DNA of 64,000 bases from Octopus sinensis (GCF_006345805.1 NC_042997.1:204538001-204602000); one strand, 5' to 3'; counted from the first letter of the stretch, positions 38,765 to 51,878 are shown. Notes: generated by a model from the sequence alone, not told the origin. Translations and numbers: made by a program.

Positions 38765-38934
38765 TATTAGCATTACATCTGTATAAAATGCAGTAGAAAT
38801 GGCATAGAAATTAGAGAGATTAACTGAATCTCTAATTATTAATAGAGGGTATAAATGTTGGCTGGCTGGTTTCTTTTTTCAATCATACATGATATGATAT
38901 TGAGGGAGAGTGGGAGAGAACAGAAGACAGATAC

Positions 38935-38971
<37 letters not shown>

Positions 38972-39384
38972 ATTAACCTAAGAGGTACAGGATGAGTGCA
39001 CATCCTAGGATTAGCGGCAGACAATGAGTAAAGGAATTCTACCACATACACACATAGAGTGAGAGACAGAGAGAAGTGTTGTAGAAATTAAGAAAAAGAG
39101 GAGGAGGAGGAAGGTAATTTGAGTAAATGACAAAGTGGTAACTAAAAGAAATTTGTTTATTTAATTTATTTTAAGGTAACAAGAATTTTTCTTTGAAAAT
39201 TAATATTTATTTCATCATTTTGTATAAGTACCAAGAAATTTGATAAAAGTTGAATTAAGATTATTGTATGTTTGCTATATTTCCTGATACTATTCCATGG
39301 TGTCAAAATTCTATTTCTAAAGTTACCCATCATATGACATGTAACACTATTATTCTATAGTACATTTTTTTAATGCTAGATTAT

Positions 39385-39690
39385 CATCATCCTCATCGTT
39401 TAACATCCGTTTTCCATGCTGGCATGGGTTGGATGGTTTGACTGAGGTCTGAAGAGCCAGCAGCTGCACCAGGCTCTAATATGATCTGGTAATGTTTCTA
39501 CAGCTGGATGCCCTTCCTAACACCAACCACTCTGAGAGTGTTGTGGGTGCTTTTTATGTGACACCAGCACAGGAGCCAGTCAGGTAGGCCTGGCATTGGT
39601 CATGTTTGGATAGTGCTTTTTACGTGCCACCAGCACAGGGGCCAGTCTGGGGGTACTGGCATCGGCTATCTAGGGGTACTGGCATAGATA
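39385..39690 (-). mobile_element. SINE-A copy
   Basis: Tail + subrepeats. Confidence 0.85.
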
Positions 39691-39835
39691 ATTATCTTAA
39701 ATTAAAATACACACTTGAAAGAATCTTACATTAAAATACTAGTGTGTATAACAATTTAGAACGTGTATACAAACATAGAAAAACACTAGCTGTAATATCT
39801 TGTCTCAGAGAAACTTGTCTAAGATATTACAGCTA

Positions 39836-40235
39836 GTGTTGACCGTGTTGTTGCTAGTTGCTCAGTCCTTCCATCTACAGAATATAAAACCAGGCTTGAT
39901 CAAGTTGGCCAATACTTGCACTGGAACATATGCTGTCACTATGATATCCCACACCCTAAGAACTGGTATGAACACCATTCAGAGCCAGTCACTGAGGGAA
40001 AGAATGTTACTATCCTATGGGATTATGGGATACATACAGACAGGTAAATAAATACTAACAGACCAGACATCGTCATCAGACCTAAGACAAAAAACATGCC
40101 TGTTAATTGAAATGACAGTGCCTACTGATAGAAACATTTCAGCAAGGGAACTTGAAAAATTGTTGAAATATAAAGAACCTTGAGATTGAGACATCTAGGA
40201 TATGGCCCTGGGAACGATCAAGAAAGGTAGTAACA
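39836..40235 (+). mobile_element. R4/Dong-like LINE fragment
   Basis: YKTRLDQVGQYLHW, WYEH, VTILWD, NRPDIV and EKLLKYK motifs. Confidence 0.85.
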
Positions 40236-40262
40236 AATTTTTTGTCCAGATCACAGGGAAAC

Positions 40263-40295
<33 letters not shown>

Positions 40296-40299
40296 TAAA

Positions 40300-40708
40300 A
40301 GACTGGATATAGTTGTCAGGGATCACCAAGAAAAAATGCCTTTTAATTGACATAACCATCCCTACAGAAAACAATGTATCTCTAACAGAAACAGAGAAAT
40401 CCTTGAAATACAAATATCTGGAACTATAAATAACCTGAATGTAGAACCTAAAAACAAAAACAATTCCTATAATAATAGATACATTAGGTATGATTAAAAA
40501 CTTACAGGTAAATACATAAGCAAAACACCAGGACTTACAAATATATATAACATACAGAAAATAGCACAACTAGTCACTGCACACATCCTACATAAAGCAC
40601 TTTTAATACAGTGAAAATAACATCTCCGAAACAAACCACAGCATATACCCAAGGCACACAGAACTGTGCTCAGCAGTGTATTGAAAGCAAGTGATGAAAA
40701 TAAGACTA

Positions 40709-40710
<2 letters not shown>
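40300..40710 (+). mobile_element. R4/Dong-like LINE 3' end followed by a long (AAT/GAT)n tract to about 40910
   Basis: DIVVRD..IDITIPTENNVSL.ETEK, IQKIAQL.TAHIL. Confidence 0.85.
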
Positions 40711-40749
<39 letters not shown>

Positions 40750-40757
40750 GGATAATG

Positions 40758-40792
<35 letters not shown>

Positions 40793-40799
40793 AATAATA

Positions 40800-40846
<47 letters not shown>

Positions 40847-40853
40847 AATAATA

Positions 40854-40884
<31 letters not shown>

Positions 40885-41080
40885 TAACAATTATAATAAT
40901 AATAAAGAAACAATAAGAAGAGGGTGACAGTTATCGAATGAACAATATTTCGACATCTCGTGTGCTTTCCCCAAGTTCAAAATAAACATCTCAATCTACT
41001 TCATTTTGGTAGTATTTAAAGGATTGGTGTTACTCCTCCAGAAAGTAAAGAAACAATACGAAACAATAATAATGATGATG

Positions 41081-41130
<50 letters not shown>

Positions 41131-41131
<1 letters not shown>

Positions 41132-41685
41132 GCCCTGATGCAGTACCAGGCAGTGGCTCTCATGGCTTCTGATCTTAACTGATTGGAAGTGTTATCATGT
41201 ACATTGTTTTGTCTTAGTATAAAAGATGGGCTACAGCAAATATTCTGCTCAATACCACAGATTTGCTTGTCAGTTGTTTGACCATAACCAGTTGAGCATG
41301 TCCCTTAGTGGCTGACGATATGTGCATCTCTGATCACGAGCAGAAGTAGTGGGGGAGCATCATAGCCATGTGTTGAGAGGGATTCTTTGGGGTTTGGATA
41401 ATTCACCTTTGGAAACATGGGTGGTTCGTTCAACATCCATAAACAACCCTTATTCAGGGACCTTTTGAGTGGGATGGGTTACCCGACCAGAAGAAAATTC
41501 TAACTGGGCCCCACCTGCAAGGTCATGTGCTGTTTATCTTGATATGAGATCACCATGTCGCGCACATATGGTTGTGATGCATGTGCCTTGTGTACCCTTA
41601 TCAGACGGGTAGTCATGATGGGTATACTGGGCTTCGTATATTTTACCCCAGTGTCACTTTGACGGCATGCACTGCTCTCTCACTC
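41131..41685 (+). mobile_element. 3'UTR-only copy of an R4/Dong-like LINE, flanked by (AAT)n
   Basis: Homologous to the 3'UTR directly downstream of the RLE ORF at 35160-35690. Confidence 0.85.
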
Positions 41686-41704
41686 AATAATAATAATAAT
41701 AATA

Positions 41705-42483
41705 TTTTGAGTGGGATGGGTTACCCGACCAGAAGAAAATTCTAACTGGGCCCCACCCGCAAGGTCATGCGCTATTTATCTTGTTATGAGATCACCATGT
41801 CGCGCACATATGGTTGTGATGCATGTGCCTGGTGTACCCTTATCAGACAGGTAGTCATGATGGGTATACTGGGTTTTGTATATTTTACCCCAGTGTCACT
41901 TTGATGGCATGCACTGCTCTCTCACTCAATAATATAATAATAATAATAATAATAATAATCAACCCTTAATCAGGGACCTTTTGAGTGGGATGGGTTACCC
42001 GACCAGAAGAAAATTCTAACTGGGCCCCACCCGCAAGGTCATGCGCTATTTATCTTGTTATGAGATCACCATGTCGCGCACATATGGTTGTGATGCATGT
42101 GCCTGGTGTACCCTTATCAGACAGGTAGTCATGATGGGTATACTGGGTTTTGTATATTTTACCCCAGTGTCACTTTGATGGCATGCACTGCTCTCTCACT
42201 CAATAATAATAATAATATAATAATAATAATAATAATAATAATCAACCCTTAATCAGGACCTTTTGAGTGGGATGGGTTACCCGACCAGAAGAAAATTCTA
42301 ACTGGGCCCCACCCGCAAGGTCATGCGCTATTTATCTTGTTATGAGATCACCATGTCGCGCACATATGGTTGTGATGCATGTGCCTGGTGTACCCTTATC
42401 AGACAGGTAGTCATGATGGGTATACTGGGTTTTGTATATTTTATCCCAGTGTCACTTTGATGGCATGCACTGCTCTCTCACTC

Positions 42484-42516
<33 letters not shown>

Positions 42517-42758
42517 CAACCCTTAATCAGGGACCTTTTGAGTGGGATGGGTTACCCGACCAGAAGAAAATTCTAACTGGGCCCCACCCGCAAGGTCATG
42601 TGCTATTTATCTTGTTATGAGATCACCATGTCGCGCACATATGGTTGTGATGCATGTGCCTGGTGTACCCTTATCAGACAGGTAGTCATGATGGGTATAC
42701 TGGGTTTTGTATATTTTACCCCAGTGTCACTTTGATGGCATGCACTGCTCTCTCACTC
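41705..42758 (+). repeat. Tandem array of four further 223-242 bp LINE 3'UTR units separated by (AAT)n
   Basis: Units 41705-41927, 41960-42201, 42243-42483 and 42517-42758; near-identical. Confidence 0.95.
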
Positions 42759-42799
42759 AATAATAATAATAATAGTAATAATAGTATAATAATAATAAT

Positions 42800-42935
42800 T
42801 GCCAATTATTGTTGGGTCCTTGGGGGCAGTATCAGATGATGTCTAGAGGAATATAAATGGAAATGGGTATAGAGTGCCCAGTGGAGCTGTTGTGAAAAGT
42901 TTGCCCCCTTGGTACAGCAAGAGCCCCATGGGGTA
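42800..42935 (+). mobile_element. R4/Dong-like ORF C-terminal scrap
   Basis: PIIVGSLGAVS..EMGIECPVELL*KVC, matching 36130-36545. Confidence 0.65.
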
Positions 42936-45051
42936 TTGGAAGAATGGACTAGCCGAATTCTTATAAAGAGTAGCGTATTGGTTGAGACGAGAAGTCGGTA
43001 GGATTTGTTGAGAGGGTATTTTGGAGTCTTGCGAAGTATGTCATGTGAACACATGACATTAAATTACATATCCAATGTTTGTCAAGGATATAAAACAAAA
43101 TCATCAAGAAAGTATTAGATAGCTGAAGATAACAGATAGCATGATACCATAAGTTTCAGGCAGCAAGCCCACTACTTATGCATGACTCCAGGAATTCCAA
43201 CAAAACAGGTATTAAAAGAATGGTAATGATGATGATGATGATGATGATGATGAATATGGCAATCTGTCTTTATCAAAAGGCCAACGTGTTCTATCAAAGA
43301 GCTACCATTTCTCATAACCTCTTTTTGGTTATTTTTAACAAAAGTTCAATGATTGGGGGAAACAATTTAGTTGAAATGGTCTGTTAAAATATGTAATTTT
43401 CTACTTACAGAAGATATTCAGCTCCATTAATATTAGCCAAATCATGTACATTGTAAACATACATCTGTGGGTAACATAAATATTTGTTGCTGCTTTGTTT
43501 GATAAATTCCTCCTCTCGCAGCCAGAGAAAACCTTTCTGTTAGGTTCAGCAGTTTTAGTGAGTTGGAACCAGAGACAAGAGATATATTAGCTATTTCTAT
43601 GGATTAGGTATTTGTATATTTCATACATTTTTGCCATATCAATGTGTATCAGGTAACACACTAGACACATCTTCAGTTTTATTAGCAAGATTATCTTAAT
43701 TAGCTATTTCATATATTTACATATTTTTTGGTGTCAGATGTAATGTAAGTAGTTAAGTACTTCTGTATAATAAGCAAGTGGCTCTCTGATTTACACAACT
43801 GAGATGAAATCCTATACAAGGAAAGTTAAGGCAAACTACTAACTGGAAACCTAGGGTTACAGAAAGGACAAATCCTTTCAAAGTATTTGAAGACATAATT
43901 TAGTTTTAGTTTGGTATTTGAAGTAAGACATGGAAGAAAGCAAGATACACACATGCGCAAGCATGTACACTGACATACGTGCATTCATATGCACAGATAT
44001 ATAGACAGACACATACACACACACTTACGCATGTCCACATACACACACAGAAATACACACAGACACACACACACACTCACACATACACACAGAAGTATGC
44101 ACATACATACGTTTGTACACACACATGCACTCACACACACACACTCACATTCACACATACACACAGAAGTATGCACATACATACGTTTGTACACACACAT
44201 GCACTCACACACACATGCACGTATGTATGTACATGCATACACACCCACTGGCTGATATCTGTTGTGGTGGTTGTGATGTAGTGTCGGTAGTGGCCATATT
44301 AAACTAAGGTAGCTAATTAAATCTAACACACTGGAGTTGGTATAGGTTAAGGTAACGCACTTGACCACAATTTCTCTTTACCCAACTTGATTAACAATGC
44401 TTGGGTATACCTGCTGCTACAATAGAAAGCACTCACACCTAAGGAGCTGCTCATTGGGATCAAACCAGGTACCAGGTGTCTTAGAAGTGAACATCTTAAT
44501 GGTGAGGATATATTTGAGCTCTGTATAGAAGTCTGCTTCCCAACCACATCTTTCTTATATGCATACAAACATAGAGAGAGAGAGAGGGGGGGGAGAGAGA
44601 GAGAGAGAGAGTGAGAGAGGGAGAAGGAGACACACACACACACACACGCACACACACACACACACACGCACACACACACACATACAGAAAGAGAGTGTGT
44701 GTAGACAATATAGAAGTCATCAGTTTTAAAAAATTATGCCTTAGCAATCGAAGAGCAAGAGAGTGCTCGGAAATATTCATTTGAACAGAAGAGACAGTAA
44801 TGACAAGATGTGACTAAAAGTGTCACTTGTGACGTATATATTTGGTCAAGGCATTAGATATTGTGGTACAGCAACTGCTTTTACATGTCACTTTCCTGTA
44901 AGATATAAACTTGTTGCTAAAATAATATACAATCTGTAGGGAAGGGTTGCTTTGGTTTCACTGAGTTAAATATAAAGACTATTTCTGTGAAAAGTTTACA
45001 AATTTACACACATGTATACTTACATACATACAAATGTGTACATACATGCTT

Positions 45052-45272
45052 ATTTCTTTACTACCCGCAGGGGGCTAAACACAGAGGGGACAAACAAGGA
45101 CAAATGGATTAAGTCGATTACATCGACCCCAGTGCATAACTGGTACTTATTTAATTGACCCCAAAAGGATGAAAGGCAAAGTTGACCTCGACGGAATTTG
45201 AACTCAGAACGTAGCAGCAGAACGTAGCTAAGCATTTCGCCCGGTGTGCTAACGTTTCTGCCAGCTCGCTGC
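45052..45272 (-). mobile_element. SINE-M copy
   Basis: Full match to 34500 and 63240. Confidence 0.85.
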
Positions 45273-45452
45273 CTTATATACAAATATGTACATACATATA
45301 CATACGTACATTCAAACATGTATATACATATGTACGTGCACATATACAGCCATTGAGACATGCCTTTCTTACATAAATACAAACATAGTCATACATACAT
45401 ACATTCCTCATACATGCATATCCATCCAACCATCCATCCATATATATAGCTT

Positions 45453-45660
45453 CTATATCCAAACTATGAATTCCTATTCATACCAATAATAATTGGAACA
45501 CTAGGTTTTGTTAGTAAATGCTTAAAGGAGAACCTGGATAAACTGGGATTTTCTGAAAGAGAAATTGACCAGCTGATTCATACATTACAAGTGCAATCTG
45601 TGAGTGGAACAGTAAAAATATGCAAGACTTTTCTCAAGTTCCAAATGTGAATTTGTCTGT
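45453..45660 (+). mobile_element. RLE LINE C-terminal fragment
   Basis: FIPIIIGTLGFVSKCLKENLDKLGFS..LQVQSVSGTVKICKTFLKF*. Confidence 0.7.
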
Positions 45661-46149
45661 GTTCACAACATCCCAAAGATGGAGCCCTGTATTTTTGTTG
45701 GAAACTGGCTTCCTCCTCAGTGGAAGATTTGTAATAAGTAAAAATAGAAGAGATGCATACATTCCTATATTCAGGCAACAAATTGGCAGAATCTTTAGAC
45801 TGCTGAACAGAAATCTTCATAGTATTTGTTTCAACTTTGTGCTTTGAGTTCGAATTTTGTCAAGGTCAACCTTGCCTTTCATTCTATCAGAGTTGAAAAA
45901 ATAAATGTAACATCGAGGGTGGTGGTTTGATGGGACTTTAAGAACATTGGACTGGGTGACTTGTGGTATTTGTTCTGGCTCTGCATTCTGAGCATAAATT
46001 CCATCATAGTCTGCTTGGTTACCAGACTTAATCTGCCATCTGATTTAACATGACCACCAGGCATTTTGGGTATCTTTACAAGAGTCCATTCTGTTACAAG
46101 CATTCAGGCTAAAAATATACATACACTGACACACACACACACACATACA

Positions 46150-46500
46150 TAACTGGTCTGTAGAGGAAATCCACTCCATAGACATTAAAACCTGCAAGAT
46201 CCTAACATCAACTGGAAACCTCCATAAAACAGTGATGTGACAGGTTCTGTCTAAGACAAGATGGAGGTAGAGGCTTGGGATCAGTGCAAACAGTTTTTGA
46301 ATGTCCTATGGCATCTTTCACACAGTATCTGCTGAACAATAGCAACTAAAATAAATATATCAACCTAGTACTGAAAAGCGAAGAGAACAACATCTTATGA
46401 GTTGGCAGTGAGCTACCAGGAAGTACTCTCTTTCTGATGGCCTCCCATACACCCGCAAAACAGCTGGACTAACATATGGCAAAGAAGACCTAGATGTGAA
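46150..46500 (+). mobile_element. R4-like LINE RT C-terminal fragment
   Basis: IHSIDIKTCKILTSTGNLH..SDV.RF..RQDGGRGL motif. Confidence 0.65.
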
Positions 46501-48589
46501 CTGCTCAGTGTACCAAAAATAAGATTATGCGTGGGTATATTTCTCAAAGACTTGAAGCTGATACTAATATTAGTTTCAAATTGTGGCACAAGGCCAGAAA
46601 TTTTAGTGGAGAGGATAAGTCAATGAGAGTGACCCCATTGCTCAATTGGTACTTATTTTATTGACCCTGCAAGGATGAAAGGCAAAGTCAACCCCAGTGG
46701 AATTTGAACTTGGATCTTAAAGACACATATAATGCTACTAAGCATTTTGCCCAGTGTGCTAATGATTCTGCCAGCTCACCACCTAAATAATGATAATAAT
46801 ACTGACATGAAGAACAACTTTTCTTGGATTCATGGCTGCTACATTACATCAGACTTTGAAGGCTGTGTTTGCTGTTCAAGAGCAGGTGGTTGCTGCAAAA
46901 GAGACAGTGGAGCTCCAAGATGCAACAGAAAATCTCAATTATGTTACATCTCTGCAGAAGGCCTAACACGTGATAGGTAGCTGCCCAAAAATGTCGTCAA
47001 GGTACTACCTCCTAATGCAGCATGACACTGTCACTAAGACAGGAATGTGTAGATGTTGGTCTTGTGTGTAGAGGTTCTTATGTTAAGTAAACTGCCTTTC
47101 TAGGTGGTCTTCTGTTTCTATTGCTTTTGTTGTTGTCTAGTCTTAGCTGAGCCTTGATCGAAAAATCTATGATCTAAAGGCTTTCTAGCTGTGACTACCC
47201 TGATTTTGGGTATGTTTAGAACATTATTCAATGCATCTTTTCCTTATTTAAAATAGTTGCATATAATTCAAGGGAGAACTGACTGTTATTTCTAGACTTC
47301 TACATTACAGCAACATTGTTCTTTTAATGCTTAATGAGGAGGTAAGGCAGTACTCATGACCCTATAAACAGAGCTGCCCTCAAGACTGGTGAGAGGGAAG
47401 AAGGAAGATGTCCACAGGTCAGTAAGATGGTTTAAGAAAATGGACACCACTAAAGGCAGCCAAGGACCAGGTGGTAGTGTTAAACTAGGTTACAGATTAG
47501 TTCTCTCACCCAAGTTGGCCAAGACGAGATTTGAAGTCAGGGTGTAAAGAGCTATGACAAATACTGCAAGGCACCCTGTTCAATGCTGCATTAATTTCGA
47601 AAATTCCACCACCCTAGTTTGGCACATTATTTAGGAGGGAAAGAGGCAAAGATGACCTTGGTAAGATTTAGTCTCTGAACACAACACACCGAAGAAAATA
47701 TTGGTTTCAAATTTTGGCAAAGATGGTAGAAACTAAATGCAGACTAAATCTTTTGGAGCATTTAGTCTGTGTTCAAATCCCGTTGGGAGTCAACTTGGCC
47801 ATCATCCCCCTGGGGTGAGGAAAAGGAAGAGGAGGGAGAGTTGATAGAAATAAGTACCAGACATATGCTGAAGGTTGGCTCCACTACTGAAAATAACCTT
47901 GTCTCTCTCTCTCTGTACACATGCATACATTCATGGCGTCATGCCAAGATGAAGACTGATTCTAAAGGGTGTGGCGAACATCTTTGAGTAAATATTTCTA
48001 AAGAAATGTTTCCATGAGTCTAATATATACTATTTCTTGCAAAGATTGGCCATGAAGTGGAATACTTCGTTAACATAATTTTTATATGAATGACTCTTTT
48101 GTAACTGATGGTTGGTTCCGCTGCCCTCAAAATGATTAGATTAAACAAAATTAGATACTTTTACAACTAATCTTATTTTTTTTACTCTCTCACTACACAA
48201 ACTAGATATTATCTTTCAGAATTATCCTGAGACTTGATAAGATATTTTAAAATAATCTTCTTACACTAAATAAAAACTTCCAGAAATAAACATTTCAATT
48301 TCTTTTCATCTTTTTCTAAATAAATTCTCAATGACATAGTTTCTAGTTTTGCTCCAATTACTCTGAATATCTTACGTCTAAGTTAATATTTATTCCTGCA
48401 AAAATATTAGACCTTTGGCTACATTAATGTTAACCATATTTAATGAAGGGTATTTCAGCAACCTAATTGGAAATAGTTAAGTGGTTAGAAAAAAAGAATA
48501 ACTTAAATTTGTGGAAAGTAGGGGCGACAACTCCAGCCATGTTTTGGTCTTATTAGTTCTCAGCAGTGCATACATTTTACTGCAATTGC

Positions 48590-48850
48590 TAAAGGAGTTA
48601 GTACCACATGAAAAGCACCCATACTGGTGCCACGTAATAAGCACTGATGCTGGTGCCACATCAAAGGCCCTGATGCTGGTGCCATGTAAAAAAAAAACCT
48701 TGTACACTCTGTAAAGTGGTTGACATTAGGAAGGGCATACAGCCATAGAAACCATGCCAAAACAGATGACTGCAGCCAGGTGTCGCCCTCTGGCTGGTCA
48801 GCTCCTGTCAAACTACCCAACCTATGCCAGCATGGAAAATGGATTGATTG
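48590..48850 (+). mobile_element. SINE-A variant with about 25-bp subrepeats
   Basis: TGCTGGTGCCAC units then TTAGGAAGGGCAT.CAGCC tail. Confidence 0.75.
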
Positions 48851-49337
48851 ATTGATTGATTGATTCTAGTTTCAGCTCACGAGCTGTGGCCATGCTGGGG
48901 CACCGCCATGTTAAATGATGATGATGATGATGAATCATTAAACTTCGGACAGTGCTGCCACTGCTGTTACTGGTGCTGGTGCTGCTACTGTGACTGCTGC
49001 ACTACAGCCACCGCCACTGCCACCACCACCATCACCACCACCATCACCACCACCTCCACTACCACCGCTGCTGCTGCTGTAGAGATGTATTATTTGTGTA
49101 ACAATGCAACCTTAACTACCACTTCAAGGTGAATGCCACATTAAAGAAGATATACTTGTGAAAAATGCCTGTCTGTAAAGAATATATGTCAATATACACT
49201 CATATATACACATACACACATACCACAGACATGGAAAATATCAATATACTATTCAGTACACAAGAAAACACATTTTGTGTATCTGTCTGTCTGTCTGTCT
49301 ATCTATATGTATGTATGTGTATATATATATGAATGTA

Positions 49338-49405
<68 letters not shown>

Positions 49406-49524
49406 ATTATAACAATAAGGATTTACCAACAAGTTGCTTGAACACATACCGAAAATTTTAGAAATAGCAGCCAAAAGACTACTATTTCTTTTTCTACAAA
49501 AATATATATATATATATATATACT

Positions 49525-49768
49525 GTGCAGGTGGCACGTAAAAAGCACCCACTACACTCACGGAGTGGTTGGCGTTAGGAAGGGCATCCAGCTGTAGAAA
49601 CACTGCCAGATAAGACTGGAGCCTGGTGCAGCCTTCTGGCTTCCCAGATCCCCGGTCGAACCGTCCAACCCATGCTAGCATGGAGAACGGACGTTAAACG
49701 ACGATGATGATGATGATGATGATGATATCGTCATCATCATCGTTTAACGTCCGTTTTCCATGCTAGCA
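49525..49768 (+). mobile_element. SINE-A copy followed by an inverted copy of its own tail
   Basis: Hairpin 49673-49768 centred on (GAT)n/(CAT)n. Confidence 0.9.
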
Positions 49769-49771
49769 CAG

Positions 49772-49803
<32 letters not shown>

Positions 49804-49904
49804 CATATACATATATATATGTGTATATATATATGTGTGTGTGTATGCATATATGTATATATGTATGTATAAACCATAAAGAAAATTAGGACGTATGAGA
49901 AGTG

Positions 49905-50330
49905 AATACATTTATTTAACAACTTGACATCCAAAGGGTTATGGCCGTTTCACAGCCTTCGTTCTGTAATAATAATTCCTGTTTATAACAAGTTATGTTT
50001 ACATGACTGCATTAAGATGCATGCTATGTATCAGGCAATGCAATTATCTAGTCACAAATTAATGCAATTAAAGAAAGCTAGCTAATCAGATGACTAGAAC
50101 GTTAGAGTTGCACCATCGGTTCAAATCTAAGAAGTGAATATATTTTATTTAACTACTTGGCATCCTTAAAAATACAACTGTTTCACAGCCTTCTTGTAAT
50201 AATGATTTCAGTGTGTAATGAATTATGCTTACATGTCTGCACTAATATGTATGCTATGCATTATACACTACAACCATATTATTCACAAATTAATGCAAAT
50301 AAAAAAGCTAGCTCATCAGATCATCGTAAT
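49905..50330 (-). repeat. Diverged direct tandem duplication (period about 233 bp), possibly tandem PLE terminal repeats
   Basis: GTTTCACAGCCTTC at 49947 and 50180; AGCTAGCT.ATCAGAT at about 50077 and 50307. Confidence 0.75.
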
Positions 50331-50407
50331 TGTAGTAACAATTCAACTCGTAAAATAGCTTTCTGTGAAAGCCAGATGATTCTCTGAATTCATATATTAC
50401 ACTATAA

Positions 50408-50460
<53 letters not shown>

Positions 50461-50465
<5 letters not shown>

Positions 50466-50653
50466 GTAAAATAATATGTGACAATTATTCGGTAGCCAAG
50501 ATAAAACTCTGAGTTTCGGATGCCGAGTAGGAAATCCACACCACCATCTCTTCAGATAACCAAAGAGATGTGGTGTGGATTTCCACCTCGGCATCTGAAA
50601 TTCAGAGTTTTATCTTGGCTACCGAATAATAGTCACATATTATTTTACAGATA
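50461..50653. repeat. About 90-bp-arm imperfect palindrome, PLE terminal-repeat-like
   Basis: Arms 50461-50552 and 50563-50653 with about 6 differences. The minus strand of the left arm reads CTGAAGA...GAAACTCAGAGT. Confidence 0.9.
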
Positions 50654-50717
50654 AATTCCTCTATTTACATAATATTGAGGTCTCTTTCTTTCTTTTGTTA
50701 TCTTACTGTTTTTATCA

Positions 50718-50754
<37 letters not shown>

Positions 50755-50970
50755 GCTTAATGATTTGGGCATTTGGTTCACGATCATAAGGTTGTGTGTT
50801 CAATTCCTGGTGATGCATTGTGTCCTTGAGCAAGACACTTTATTTCATATTGCTCCAGTTCACTCAGCTGGCAAAAATTAATTGTACCTGTAATTCAGAA
50901 GACCAGCCTTGTCAAATTCTGTGTTACGCTGAATCTCCCTGAGAACTACATTAAGGGTACACATGTCTTT
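50755..50970 (+). mobile_element. CORE-type SINE variant
   Basis: TTGAGCAAGACACTTTATTTCA..CAGTTCACTCAGCTGG; homologous to 63130-63690. Confidence 0.75.
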
Positions 50971-51334
50971 GCTTAACCCTATTTATTTATATGTATATAT
51001 ATAAAGAACTTTTTGTAAAAGTTCCTACCGATAATGGTTATTTCCATACCGAAACTACTTGGTAATAATTGTTAATTTTTAAAATTAATAATTATTTACC
51101 CTTATATTATTAATTATATACATATATACATACACACATATATATATATATATATTTACATACATATATATATATTTGAAAAAATAAATAGAAATGCCTT
51201 TCCTGATAAATTTTACTGATTAGATTACTTATAAACATCTAATTATTAAAGTGGAAAACCTATCAGAAAAGCCATTTCTATTCATTTTTACAAATATAAA
51301 ATACTGTACCAAGGATCTTCTATTTCTTATTCTA

Positions 51335-51365
<31 letters not shown>

Positions 51366-51369
51366 TCAG

Positions 51370-51878
51370 CATCATCATCATCATCATCATTTAACGTCCG
51401 TTTTCCATGCTAGCATGGGTTGGACGGTTCAACCGGGGTCTGGGAAGCCAGAAGGCTGCACCAGGCTCCAGTCTGATTTGGCAGTGTTTCTACAGCTGGA
51501 TGCCCTTCCTAACGCCAACCACTCTGTGAGAGTAGTGGGCGTTTTTTACGTGCCACCAGCACAGGAGCCAGTGCAGGCTGGCAAACGGCCACGATCGGTT
51601 GGTGCTTTTACATGTCACCAACACAGACGCCAGTCAGGCGATGCTAGTAACTGCCTCACTCGAATGGTGCTTATATGTGTCCCCAGCACGGGTGCCTTAA
51701 CTACAATTACCATTCGAATTTTTTATGTTAACGAACTTGACTCAACAGGTCTCCTCAAGAACAGTGGGTCACTCTACGATCCAAGGTTAGCACAGCAAGC
51801 TGTCCTGCGAGCATGAGCTCACTTCATTTGTCGGGTCTTCGAATCCTCAAGAACAGCGAGTCACTCTACGATCCAAGG
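51370..51878 (-). mobile_element. Long SINE-A copy including upstream body with a 36-bp internal duplication
   Basis: Tail, subrepeats, and TCCTCAAGAACAG..CACTCTACGATCCAAGGT present twice. Confidence 0.85.

Noticed and set aside
41444-42800. Repeat-spacer pattern superficially like a CRISPR array
   Set aside because: Repeats are about 240 bp, spacers are (AAT)n, there are no cas genes, the context is eukaryotic, and the unit is a LINE 3'UTR.
51030-51290. Short inverted repeat (51183-51290) and CCGATAA/CTGATAA...GAAA motifs as further hammerheads
   Set aside because: The cores are mutated and helices I and III cannot be formed; AT-rich chance matches are likely.
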